Shown: positions 9,150-17,531, numbered from the stretch's first letter. The stretch is DNA of 64,000 bases from an uncultured delta proteobacterium (GCA_963848425.1 CAWKDO010000011.1:355-64354); one strand, 5' to 3'. Numbers and translations are program-made. Notes: a model not told the origin generated them from the sequence alone.

Positions 9150-10747
9150 ATGCTGAAAAAAAAAGTTCTCTCCGCCATGTGCCTTGTTGTCGTCACTACC
9201 TTCACTACTCCGACGTTTGCCGCCCAGCCTGTCATCAGGCAACATCCAGCAACCGTTATGGCGGGTGAAGCTGTGAAATTGGACGGTTCCAATCTTTGGG
9301 TCGCGGGTAGTCCAACAAAGGTGATCTTGAAATGGCAGAAATCCGAGTATGTCTTTCCGATCAACGCATCTGATGCGAACTTTGTTGTTGTCGCGCCTTT
9401 TCCAAGCCTCCCTTACGACGGTGATATGCAGGTTGCGGTATCGACGGCCAACGGTGAGTCGGAGGGGAAGACGGTCCGGTACAAATCGAGCCTGAAGATC
9501 GACCGGGTCACAGTTGCTTTCAACCCGCCGAATATTCAGGTGACCGTCACCGGGGAAGGGTTTCTCGTCAAGGATGCGGCCGGTGCGCCTGTCCCGGCAA
9601 AGATCACGATGACTTGGCCAGACGGTCGCTTTTTGCCGTTAACAGCCGTTCCGCAGAGCGAAACGACCATAGATTTCAACATTTCCCCTATTGAGCCCGC
9701 CGCCGACCTGCGGTTCAAGGTGGAAATCTGGGGTAAGACCTCTAACGAATTTACCGTGGCAAAACAGTTATTTCCGTCCAATCCTGCTGTCATCTCGAAG
9801 ATAGTACCGTCTTCACCGGGTTCAGAGGAAACGATATTAATTATTGGCACCCATTTCGACACAAGCGGGCAGGAGAACACTCTCATCATCAGACCCGTCC
9901 CCGATAAGGGGGAGATAATCGAGAGCAATACTGTCAAAGCAACGAGTGCCAACTTCCTCGAATATAAGCTCCCCGCCATCCTGGAAAGCTACGACAAAGT
10001 CTCGATCGCAATCAAAAACGCGAATGCTGCCGAGAGCAATCGGCAGGAGTTCGACCTTGCCCCCAAGAGCAAAAATATCCAGGTCGATTTCCGGGTGGGC
10101 ATGCAGACATCGACCAATAAGGGGGTCGAAGAAGACAGCAACAAACTCTTCCATGGCAACACCTTTTTTTACGATCTGGTGTCGCGCTTTAAGCTGTGTT
10201 CTTATTTCGACCTTGAAGCGAGGCTGGATGTTGGCCGGAAACTGGTCGAGGGCGAGAAGGCCGATCTTTCCGGCAACGAGGGGACCGGGACCATATTCGC
10301 TAATGCGGAGACGGTCGAAGGCGAACTTTCTTTCTATTTCAAAAATCCGAAATGGGACGCTTTCTACCTGCGCCCCGCCACCTCCTTTATCGCCACTACC
10401 GACAAGGAGATCGAGGACGACTTTTACCACGATTGGTTTTTGGGCATTGGCTACGAGCCGTTCACCGGGCAACACGACAGATTCCGCCGCTCGAAAATGG
10501 AAATCGGCTATGGATACACCAATGCGCTCGACAACAGGAGCCGATTCATCTCAAACCTGAAGCTCTTCTATCACCAGCCCGGCTCAGCACGGTCCCCTTC
10601 ATCGATTTCAAAGTCAATGCCGGAGAAGGGCCGGACGATCTGACTGTCTTTTACGGCGTCGATCTGAAGGTCGATAAAATCTTCGATTCGATTTTGGGTC
10701 TTTTCACCGAAAGCAAAAATGATGCGTCCGCCGCCTCGGGCGCTTGA
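9150..10747 (+). pseudogene. secreted IPT/TIG-repeat protein with C-terminal beta-barrel-like domain, one frameshift near 10575 as assembled
   Basis: Signal peptide MLKKKVLSAMCLVVVTTFTTPTFA. Repeated Ig-like segments (PVIRQHPATVMAGEAVKLDGSNL.., PAVISKIVPSSPGSEETILIIGTHF). The C-terminal half has alternating-hydrophobic strands. ORF 10352..10747 continues the protein in another frame (..VPFIDFKVNAGEGPDDLTVFYGVDLKVDKIFDSILGLF). Confidence 0.6.
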
Positions 10748-10807
10748 AAACGGGACTGCCTTTTTTCACTGATTCGAACCCATAGGGCTTTTCAGGGGAG
10801 GGACGCA

Positions 10808-12418
10808 ATGGCAAAGAACATCGTGCTGTGCTCTGACGGGACTGGGAACCAGGATATCAAAAACCGCGGTACCAATGTTTTTAAGCTTTACGAAGCCGTA
10901 GATATTCAGGGGTATAAAAAGAATCCGAAATTGACGAAACAGGTAGCGTTCTACGACGACGGGGTGGGGACGGCAAACGCCTTCGCCAGGGTGGTCGGTG
11001 GGGCTTTCGGGTGGGGGTTCTCCCGCAATGTCAAAAAATTGTATCGGGAGTTGGTAAACGTCTACGAGCCGGGCGACAAGGTGTTCCTTTTCGGGTTTAG
11101 CCGCGGGGCGTACACGGTGAGGGCTCTTGCCGGGTTCATTCAGTACTGCGGGATTCTGGATACGGAATATTACAGCACTCAGCCACATCAGGATCTTAGA
11201 GGTATCGTCGAAAAGAACTGGAAGGATTTCAGTGAGAACGCTTTCAAGCACGCCAATGCCAAAGAGCGCAGGGGGAAGATCCCTTCCGAAGCGGAAATCG
11301 CCGAGGGATGGGAAGCCACGAAGGCATGCCGCAGGGAGAACCATGCGGCCAACCCCGAAGAGAAGATTGACATAGCTTTCATCGGCGTCTGGGATACGGT
11401 GGGCGCCATCGCGACTCCTTTCGATGGTTTGCGGGAATTGATAAGCCGTTTCATCAAGCCGATATGGTTTGCTGACAATACCCTTGGCCCCGAGGTCACC
11501 CGCGCCTGTCATGCACTGGCCCTCGATGAAGAACGGCGTACTTTCCACCCCGAATTGTGGAACGAAAAGAACGGCAAGGATACCCGCATCAAGCAGGTCT
11601 GGTTCGCCGGCGTGCACTCGAACGTGGGAGGAGGGTATCCGAAACAGGGAATGTCGCTGGTGACACTGGACTGGATGATGAATGAGGCGAGCCAGGCAGG
11701 GCTACGCTTCAATCAGATGGATCGGGTTTTTGTACAGAAGCACCAGGACGTGCATGACAAAATGTATGATTCCCGATCGGGTGTCGCCGTGTATTACCGG
11801 TGGTCTCCGCGCGAATTAAACCAGCTGTGCGAGGAGCATAAGATACCGGCACCCAAAATCCATGTAAGCGTCTTCGAAAGAATCGCAAACGGAACCAACG
11901 GAACCAGAGGTGACGGGGGAATGGACTCCTATTCTCCCGGAAACATCCCATTCAATCTAGAGATCGACACCTCTGGGAGTATCAGATCCTGGCCGGCCCC
12001 CGCGGTTACCGCTAGCATTCCTACACTTATGAGCCCCCCCGGCAATACCACCTCAGAAAAGTCTCTCCTGAGCGGGATGAGCAACGTGGTTCTGTCGGGG
12101 AAGGGGTCGCATACTACGTTCCTCGTCGTGACGCTGATAACACTCGCGATGCTCGTCTGGGTCCACATCAGCCGATGGTGGGGATGCTGGCCCTATGGCA
12201 ATCCGCTATTGGTGCTGGGGGCGATCGCCTTTTTTACCGCCGGTAGTATTATCGTGTACCTGTGGGCTGACAAGGTCGATACCACCCTCGGCAAGAGGTA
12301 TATGGAATTTTGGCACCAACGCCATAGGGCTCTGCGTCCAATGCTGAATGAGGATCCGGTGAATATGCAATCACTTCACCCAGTGCGGAAGAAACAGAAA
12401 GCTATTCCCCTTATTTAA
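10808..12418 (+). CDS. DUF2235 (Tle1-like) alpha/beta-hydrolase with C-terminal transmembrane helices
   Basis: N-terminus NIVLCSDGTGNQ, then YDDGVGT and the GFSRGAY nucleophile elbow, typical of the DUF2235 / T6SS-phospholipase Tle1-like catalytic domain. Two hydrophobic helices near the C-terminus (TTFLVVTLITLAMLVWV, LLVLGAIAFFTAGSIIVYLW). Confidence 0.75.
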   Translation: MAKNIVLCSDGTGNQDIKNRGTNVFKLYEAVDIQGYKKNPKLTKQVAFYDDGVGTANAFARVVGGAFGWGFSRNVKKLYRELVNVYEPGDKVFLFGFSRGAYTVRALAGFIQYCGILDTEYYSTQPHQDLRGIVEKNWKDFSENAFKHANAKERRGKIPSEAEIAEGWEATKACRRENHAANPEEKIDIAFIGVWDTVGAIATPFDGLRELISRFIKPIWFADNTLGPEVTRACHALALDEERRTFHPELWNEKNGKDTRIKQVWFAGVHSNVGGGYPKQGMSLVTLDWMMNEASQAGLRFNQMDRVFVQKHQDVHDKMYDSRSGVAVYYRWSPRELNQLCEEHKIPAPKIHVSVFERIANGTNGTRGDGGMDSYSPGNIPFNLEIDTSGSIRSWPAPAVTASIPTLMSPPGNTTSEKSLLSGMSNVVLSGKGSHTTFLVVTLITLAMLVWVHISRWWGCWPYGNPLLVLGAIAFFTAGSIIVYLWADKVDTTLGKRYMEFWHQRHRALRPMLNEDPVNMQSLHPVRKKQKAIPLI

Positions 12419-12421
12419 ATT

Positions 12422-12607
12422 CACTTCGAGGACCGGCAGCGCTGGCAGGAGGCGGCGGAAAAAGGGATGGCGGCGCCGTTCATCGACACGCTGCCGGAAC
12501 GCTACGACACGCAGTTGGGAAAATGGTTCAAGGGGGGACGCGAGCTCTCCGGCTGCGAATGGCAAAAGATCGCCCTCTCCCGCGCCTTCATGCGTACCGG
12601 CGCCGAC
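12422..12607 (+). pseudogene. 186-bp duplicated fragment of the ABC-transporter NBD (copy of 8467-8652)
   Basis: Hand comparison gives 184/186 identical positions. The two mismatches change the signature LSGGQWQK to LSGCEWQK. The fragment starts 3 nt after the DUF2235 stop and has no 5' or 3' remainder of the gene. Confidence 0.9.
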
Positions 12608-12632
12608 TGGATTCCGTCCGATGGTCGGGGTC

Positions 12633-12760
12633 AAAAAAAAACCGCAAGGCTCTAGCCCAGCAGTTCTTTTAACAACCTGGCTTCCCTCTGAAAGACGCAT
12701 ACAGGCAAACCCTCCAACATTGAATTAATAAGGTTCGATAGATCACCGGTTCACGCGCGC
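12633..12760 (-). repeat. right copy of an imperfect inverted repeat (partner 8941-9070)
   Basis: See 8941-9070. About four-fifths of positions match in my hand alignment, with a few 1-2 nt indels. Confidence 0.75.
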
Positions 12761-12836
12761 GCGTGAACTGGTGAATACGAGTTATTTGGCCAACACCCAA
12801 AAACGGAGGATGGCCGGATCTGATCAATAACGAGTT

Positions 12837-13352
12837 ATGCGAGAAAAAATGACAAACGACGGAAAAATCAAAAAGCTCGAACAGTACAGAGACGATCTTG
12901 CCCACATCGGAATGATGTTTCACGAATCGTTCGGAACAAGCACAATGCGATACTCCGACAGGCAGAAATATGCGACTCTTGTTCTGTCCATCAAGGACTT
13001 TCTTCAAAAGACGTTCGGAGAAAATGACTACTTCGCCGAAAAAATAAAGCAAATACATAATAAAAGCATTGAACTTCATAACTATGATGCTCCGATGGTT
13101 CAAGATGTCGAAAGTATTGTTGCCGTTGTTGATGCGGCAATTGAACGAATGAAAAACTGCGGCGGAAAATCATTTATCAAGTCCACCACACAAAACATAG
13201 CAGCTGAAAAAACCGATACAGAAATACCACACGGCAACAATAAAAAGTCCAAGTCGCTCATTAACATAGCCGAAATGGTAGTAGGCGGGCTTTTGCTCGC
13301 CTGTGTCATTTACCTCGTCTGGTTTTACCTTGGAATCAAATTGAATCCGTAA
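12837..13352 (+). CDS. hypothetical protein with C-terminal membrane anchor
   Basis: 171-aa AT-rich ORF with one C-terminal TM helix (MVVGGLLLACVIYLVWFYLGI). No family recognised. Confidence 0.5.
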   Translation: MREKMTNDGKIKKLEQYRDDLAHIGMMFHESFGTSTMRYSDRQKYATLVLSIKDFLQKTFGENDYFAEKIKQIHNKSIELHNYDAPMVQDVESIVAVVDAAIERMKNCGGKSFIKSTTQNIAAEKTDTEIPHGNNKKSKSLINIAEMVVGGLLLACVIYLVWFYLGIKLNP

Positions 13353-13492
13353 CATACAGCCCTCAAATAAAAGGAAATAGCATAACCACGTCCTTAGACC
13401 TGCCCGGATGGCAGGTCAAGGCCGACCCCGTTGGCGAGGAATAAGAACAGAGAATAAGAACTGACCTTTATCTTGAACAAATAGGTGTCTCG

Positions 13493-14539
13493 ATGGAACG
13501 CTTCATCATTGATGAAAGTGGTTACACAGGTTTCGATCTGCTAAACAAAGACCAGCGATTCCAAGGCGCTTCAGCCACATCAATAACCGATGAAGTAGCG
13601 GCGGAACTCATCAGGGAACATTTTCCAAGGCTCAAAGCGCCCGAACTTAAGTATCAGAGTCTAGCGCGTTGACCAGGAAATCGTGAGCACCTGCTTAACC
13701 TACAGCGAGATGTACTGTCGCAATGGAAGTGCGTTACATACGTTTGCGATAAAAGATTCTTGCTGAGCCTGATGTTTATGGATTATGCGGTGGAGCCGTT
13801 TTACTACGAGAGGGGCTTCGACTTTTACGAAGACGGGCAAAATTATTCATTGGCTTCCCTTTTTTACCGTGCAGGACCATCTCTTTTCGGTAAGGCGCAG
13901 TTTGATGCCCTGATGGCAGCTTTTCAAAGAGCAATCAACAAAAAATCTCTGGAAGCCCTCAACGATCTTGTGTCAACTGTTCGCCAAATGAAATGGCAGG
14001 AACTACCTGAAGCGCTCGGACCTCTTGCATATGCATCGCCAGAGTGCTTGGAGGCTATCTCTACACCCGAATTAACAACTGATGCAGCATGTGTGGTTCT
14101 TCTATCGTTGATCAGTAGGATGGAAGCTATGGCTGACGGAGCATATCGTGTTGAGCACGACGAATCGAAAAATCTACTCAACTACCATCGACTTCTCAGG
14201 CAGTTTATAGAACATGACAACCAAATAGAGTTTAAGGAAACCCAAATTACGAGCTTAAAATTCCCTCTCAAGCTGTCAGAGGTGACTCAAACGGATTCTA
14301 AGTTGAGCCCCGCTGTGCAGGTTGCCGACGTATTGATAGGCGCTGCTGTTGAGGCATCGAAATCTCTTGCCGGAGGTTCTAAATCAACCGTCGAGACTGA
14401 AAGCCTAATGGACCTGTATTCCGATGACCAGATCATCCACTTATTTCCATCTCTTGATTTCAAGGAACAGAAGGAATTCCGGCGTGGCACCCAGGCCGGG
14501 GAGCTTATTGATTATTTCGCAAAGCACTTCGGTGGGTAA
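13493..14539 (+). pseudogene. DUF3800-family protein interrupted by an in-frame TGA at 13670-13672
   Basis: ATG 13493 gives MERFIIDESGYTGFDLLNKDQRF.. (DUF3800-type N-terminus with DESG). After 59 codons there is a TGA, and the same frame continues PGNREHLLNLQRDVL..CVTYVCDKRFLLSLMFMDYAVEPFYY into ORF 13760..14539. Confidence 0.7.
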
Positions 14540-14673
14540 GGCAATGGGAAGGCACTGGTGCCATAGAAGGCACTGGTGCCAGACATTGATATATTGAGAA
14601 ATTAAAGGGAAGAAGTGCCAACAAGGCAGAAGCAGCGGCCTTCGCCGCTGTTCTCCCCATGCCGTTAGGTCAA

Positions 14674-14874
14674 TCAAGAAATAACCGTCGAAATTGAAAC
14701 GAGGCGATCATCTGGGTTATACGGGCGTCTCGGCTGGAACTCAGGGATTTCGTCGCCGTCGTCTACTGCAACAACATTAAAACCAGAGTTGCGGAGAGCA
14801 TCACCAATAATATGGAGAATTGCTGTTTTCCCTGAACCACAAACACCACTAAGAACAATATTCACATCACGCAT
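14674..14874 (-). CDS. small P-loop protein (66 aa)
   Basis: Walker A-like GVCGSGKT near the N-terminus. AGGAG lies 6 nt upstream of the ATG. Too short for a complete NTPase domain, so it may be a fragment. Confidence 0.4.
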   Translation of the reverse strand: MRDVNIVLSGVCGSGKTAILHIIGDALRNSGFNVVAVDDGDEIPEFQPRRPYNPDDRLVSISTVIS

Positions 14875-14888
14875 AGGAGACTCCTTTT

Positions 14889-15182
14889 ATGGTTACCGAC
14901 AAAGAATGGACTACGATTAACGCCGCTTTTGACAAAGGTTTTACTGACGATATCAGTATTGCTCTTCGAGACCTGTTTGCACTTGGTTGTATCCTCCATG
15001 CGAAAGGACAAATTAAAGCAGGCAAAAAGGCTATTAGAACTGCATTGAGAGCAACCAGTATCCACGAAAGAAAAGACAATCTTTTTGACCAGATATTTGA
15101 CAGCCTGGCGGGTAACGAAAACACTTTCTTGCATGAAATTTGCCCTCATACTGAATTTACGGGACTTCTTGAGAATAAGTGA
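14889..15182 (+). CDS. hypothetical protein
   Basis: 97-aa ORF with AGGAG 9 nt upstream of the ATG. No family recognised. Confidence 0.4.
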   Translation: MVTDKEWTTINAAFDKGFTDDISIALRDLFALGCILHAKGQIKAGKKAIRTALRATSIHERKDNLFDQIFDSLAGNENTFLHEICPHTEFTGLLENK

Positions 15183-15257
15183 AAGACCTAACCAGCCCGG
15201 TCGAGACGGTCGCTAACGCGCCGCTCACCGGGGCACCCCGTTGGATGAAAGAAGAAA

Positions 15258-15680
15258 ATGGATAACAAATTTGAAAAGACAATTTGGACACAGGCTGATT
15301 TCCCACAAATGGGATGGCACGATTGCTCGATATACGCAATTCAATTGGCAGATATGGTAGACCTGGATATTGACTACATTCTGAAATGGGTAATAGAGGA
15401 AGAATCGAAGTCATACAATTTCTGGGTTGCACCGGCTACCTTGCGTTTCAACGATGCACGTAATCTAAGAATCAATATTGACTTGGAATTTGTGAACGGG
15501 CTGGAAATCGCCAACATTGAGCAGAAGATCCTGAATCAGACAGAATATGAATACTTGATTGAAACCCAGGAAGGAACAATTGAGCTGATAGCCTCTGGAT
15601 TCACTCAGACCTGCCGAAAGCCACCAATCCTAAAATCACAACAATGCTTGTCTGAGGAAGAGCGAGGCGGCTACCTGTAA
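15258..15680 (+). CDS. hypothetical protein
   Basis: 140-aa AT-rich ORF. No family recognised. Confidence 0.45.
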   Translation: MDNKFEKTIWTQADFPQMGWHDCSIYAIQLADMVDLDIDYILKWVIEEESKSYNFWVAPATLRFNDARNLRINIDLEFVNGLEIANIEQKILNQTEYEYLIETQEGTIELIASGFTQTCRKPPILKSQQCLSEEERGGYL

Positions 15681-15775
15681 AGAAGCATCCAACAAGGCGG
15701 CGGCACACAGACGCTGACGCGCTGGTGCGCCCCCACGACGTTGGCTGAGGAAAAGAACATGATCATAAAGACGAA

Positions 15776-16408
15776 ATGATGATTCCCATGCTCGAAGTTT
15801 GCCCGTCCTTTCGGGCAGACTGGGATGCTTTTGTTGATGAGTGGAAGGACGAGAAGGACGGTCTTCCGCTTTACTTGTCTTTATCTGAGCTGGCACGACA
15901 TCTTATCTCTATGTTGGAAATCGGAGAAACTGAAGCATTTCCTCAAATATTTCAGGTCATAGAAAGATGGCATACTGAAGGGGATGGATACGTCAGAGAA
16001 GCTGCTACAGTTGGGCTCCTTGAAGATTTGCAAAATACAAACCTACATGAAATAACCAACCCTGAGCAGTTCCGGTGTTATCTCGGGACAGAGTCATTGA
16101 AGTGGTGGGACAAGCTGGGGCGGTCATTGGGGTCAGACTTTGCATATTGGCATTCTTTCGAGAATTCTACTTACTCTAATTTCCCCCACCAGCCGAGCCT
16201 CATCCGGGAATTCACCCGTCTTCTTTTTCGAATACACCAGCATTCCGTCCACAACGACCTCAAACACCCCGCCGCTCGACTCGATAAGCCTGACCTCCGC
16301 AGCCATCGCCTCCTTGATCTTCGCCGCCAGACTGGCGGCACGCTCGCGATAGCCTCACTGGTTGCAGTATTCGATGGTGACCAGCATGATGATTCTCCTA
16401 CGGATTGA
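15776..16408 (+). CDS. hypothetical protein (immunity-protein-like; 3' limit unreliable)
   Basis: The first ~120 aa look like a genuine helical protein (..ARHLISMLEIGETEAFPQIFQVIERWHTEGDGYVREAATVGLLEDLQN..). From ~16133 on, the frame is open only because it runs antisense to the SelW-like gene. Confidence 0.45.
   Translation: MMIPMLEVCPSFRADWDAFVDEWKDEKDGLPLYLSLSELARHLISMLEIGETEAFPQIFQVIERWHTEGDGYVREAATVGLLEDLQNTNLHEITNPEQFRCYLGTESLKWWDKLGRSLGSDFAYWHSFENSTYSNFPHQPSLIREFTRLLFRIHQHSVHNDLKHPAARLDKPDLRSHRLLDLRRQTGGTLAIASLVAVFDGDQHDDSPTD
16133..16387 (-). CDS. SelW-like selenoprotein (in-frame TGA = Sec at 16355-16357), copy 1
   Basis: GGAGA-N6-ATG start. Translation MLVTIEYCNQ-U-GYRERAASLAAKIKEAMAAEVRLIESSGGVFEVVVDGMLVYSKKKTGEFPDE.. 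parallels SelW (VVYCGAUGYK...FEV.V.G.L.HSKK). CxxU redox motif. Hairpin GCCGCC-AGUCU-GGCGGC lies 15 nt after the UGA (16323-16339). Confidence 0.75.
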
Positions 16409-16456
16409 GTAAACCCGCCCTGTCCTTCATTATTCATCCGGTGGATAAATAATGTC

Positions 16457-16512
16457 ATGCCCGAAAGCTTTTATCGGGCATCCAGATCCTGGATTCCCGC
16501 CTTCGCGGGAAT
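16457..16512. repeat. REP-like double hairpin element
   Basis: ATGCCCGA-N9-TCGGGCAT followed by ATTCCCGC-CTTC-GCGGGAAT. The second hairpin is the widespread 'CCCGCCTTCGCGGGAATGAC' type of intergenic palindrome. Confidence 0.5.
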
Positions 16513-16539
16513 GACGGTTAGTAATCAGTCGCGAATGCT

Positions 16540-17184
16540 TCAGGCGGCTTCCAGGCGGCGGATGAAGACGTCGGCTTCGCGAATGGCCGCTTCCATCTCC
16601 CGGATCAGCCGTTCCACGTCCGCCTCGATTCGCCCAAGTGCGGGTCGCAGGGAAGCGACGGCGCGGGCGTTCAGATTGTGCTTGAGGAAGAGCACCTGGT
16701 CATTGAAGGCCGCGAGGACCGGGTCCATGCGGCTTTCGACCTGGCGCATGGTGCGCATCAGGTCGCGGTAGAGGCGGCGGGTCTCGGCCAGGGTGCGGCG
16801 GCTCTCCACCTGCAACCGTTTATCCCGGTACTGCTTCAGCTCGGCCTCCCACTCCTCGAAAAGCGCCCCGGCGACCTCCTCCCCCGCGTCGATGCGCTTG
16901 CTGACCTCTTCGGCCCGCGCCTCGCTGCGCTCAAAGGTGGCGCTGAGGGTTTCATATTTCTCCTCCAGCTCTCCCCCTTCGACATTCACCACCTCGCGAA
17001 ACCGGTCCAGGGCCGAGCGGAACTGCTCCCCCGCTTCCTGTTGGGCATCCCGCGCCCTCTCGACCCGGCTGGTGAGAATCTCCCGCTTCTGGAAGCCGAT
17101 CTTCTCCATGGCGCCGTAATAGGTGCGTTGGCAGGCGGTAAGGAGAAGGCAGGTGAAAACAAGGAGGATCGCTCCGGTACGCAT
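16540..17184 (-). CDS. DUF2959-family lipoprotein
   Basis: Lipobox LLLTAC after MRTGAILLVFTC. YYGAMEKIGFQKREILTSRVERARDAQQEAGEQFRSALDRFREVV matches the DUF2959 pattern from memory. Confidence 0.7.
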   Translation of the reverse strand: MRTGAILLVFTCLLLTACQRTYYGAMEKIGFQKREILTSRVERARDAQQEAGEQFRSALDRFREVVNVEGGELEEKYETLSATFERSEARAEEVSKRIDAGEEVAGALFEEWEAELKQYRDKRLQVESRRTLAETRRLYRDLMRTMRQVESRMDPVLAAFNDQVLFLKHNLNARAVASLRPALGRIEADVERLIREMEAAIREADVFIRRLEAA

Positions 17185-17278
17185 GGCCAAGTCCAAAGGT
17201 CGCGTTCATCGCAGTATGACACCGGCCGGGAAGATGGCAAATTACGCCATTTTTCATATCGGTGTATGATGAAAGAAA

Positions 17279-17524
17279 GTGAAGAAAGTTTTACCCGAGG
17301 AGCCTATGAGAAAACTGAACTACCGCTGTTTTTCCATCTACGCCGAACCGGGACGAAGACCGAACGGGAGTTTCGATGTCCGGGTGATTGTGCAGAAAAT
17401 CGGCACGTCGAAGATCACCCTCCACCGCCCCAACTTGGCGCAGCCCACGGCGAAAAAAGCAGAGGATCTCGGCATCGAAACGGGCAAAGAGATCGCCGAT
17501 GAGAAGAATTGTCCTAAAAGCTGA
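17279..17524 (+). CDS. hypothetical small protein
   Basis: 81-aa ORF. An alternative start is at MRKLNY (17306). No family recognised. Confidence 0.35.
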   Translation: MKKVLPEEPMRKLNYRCFSIYAEPGRRPNGSFDVRVIVQKIGTSKITLHRPNLAQPTAKKAEDLGIETGKEIADEKNCPKS

Positions 17525-17531
17525 CATCCAC

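Noticed and set aside
10808-12418. The DUF2235 protein as a T6SS effector locus
   Set aside because: No Hcp, VgrG, PAAR, adaptor or immunity genes are in the window. The protein has its own C-terminal TM helices, so the T6SS link is not supported here.
8941-12760. The inverted repeats as terminal inverted repeats of an insertion sequence or composite transposon
   Set aside because: No transposase lies between them. The left copy is simply the native 3' flank of the ABC gene, and the enclosed ABC fragment is a direct duplicate. A rearrangement scar fits better than a transposable element.
13670-13672. In-frame TGA in the DUF3800-like gene as a possible selenocysteine codon
   Set aside because: There is no hairpin downstream comparable to those in the SelW-like genes, no redox-motif context, and the position follows Arg in a non-catalytic segment. 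A nonsense mutation is more likely.
14548-14581. The TGGCAC motif in the reverse complement of the tandem repeat as a sigma54 -24 element
   Set aside because: No TTGC-like -12 element sits at the correct spacing, and the site lies between convergent gene ends.
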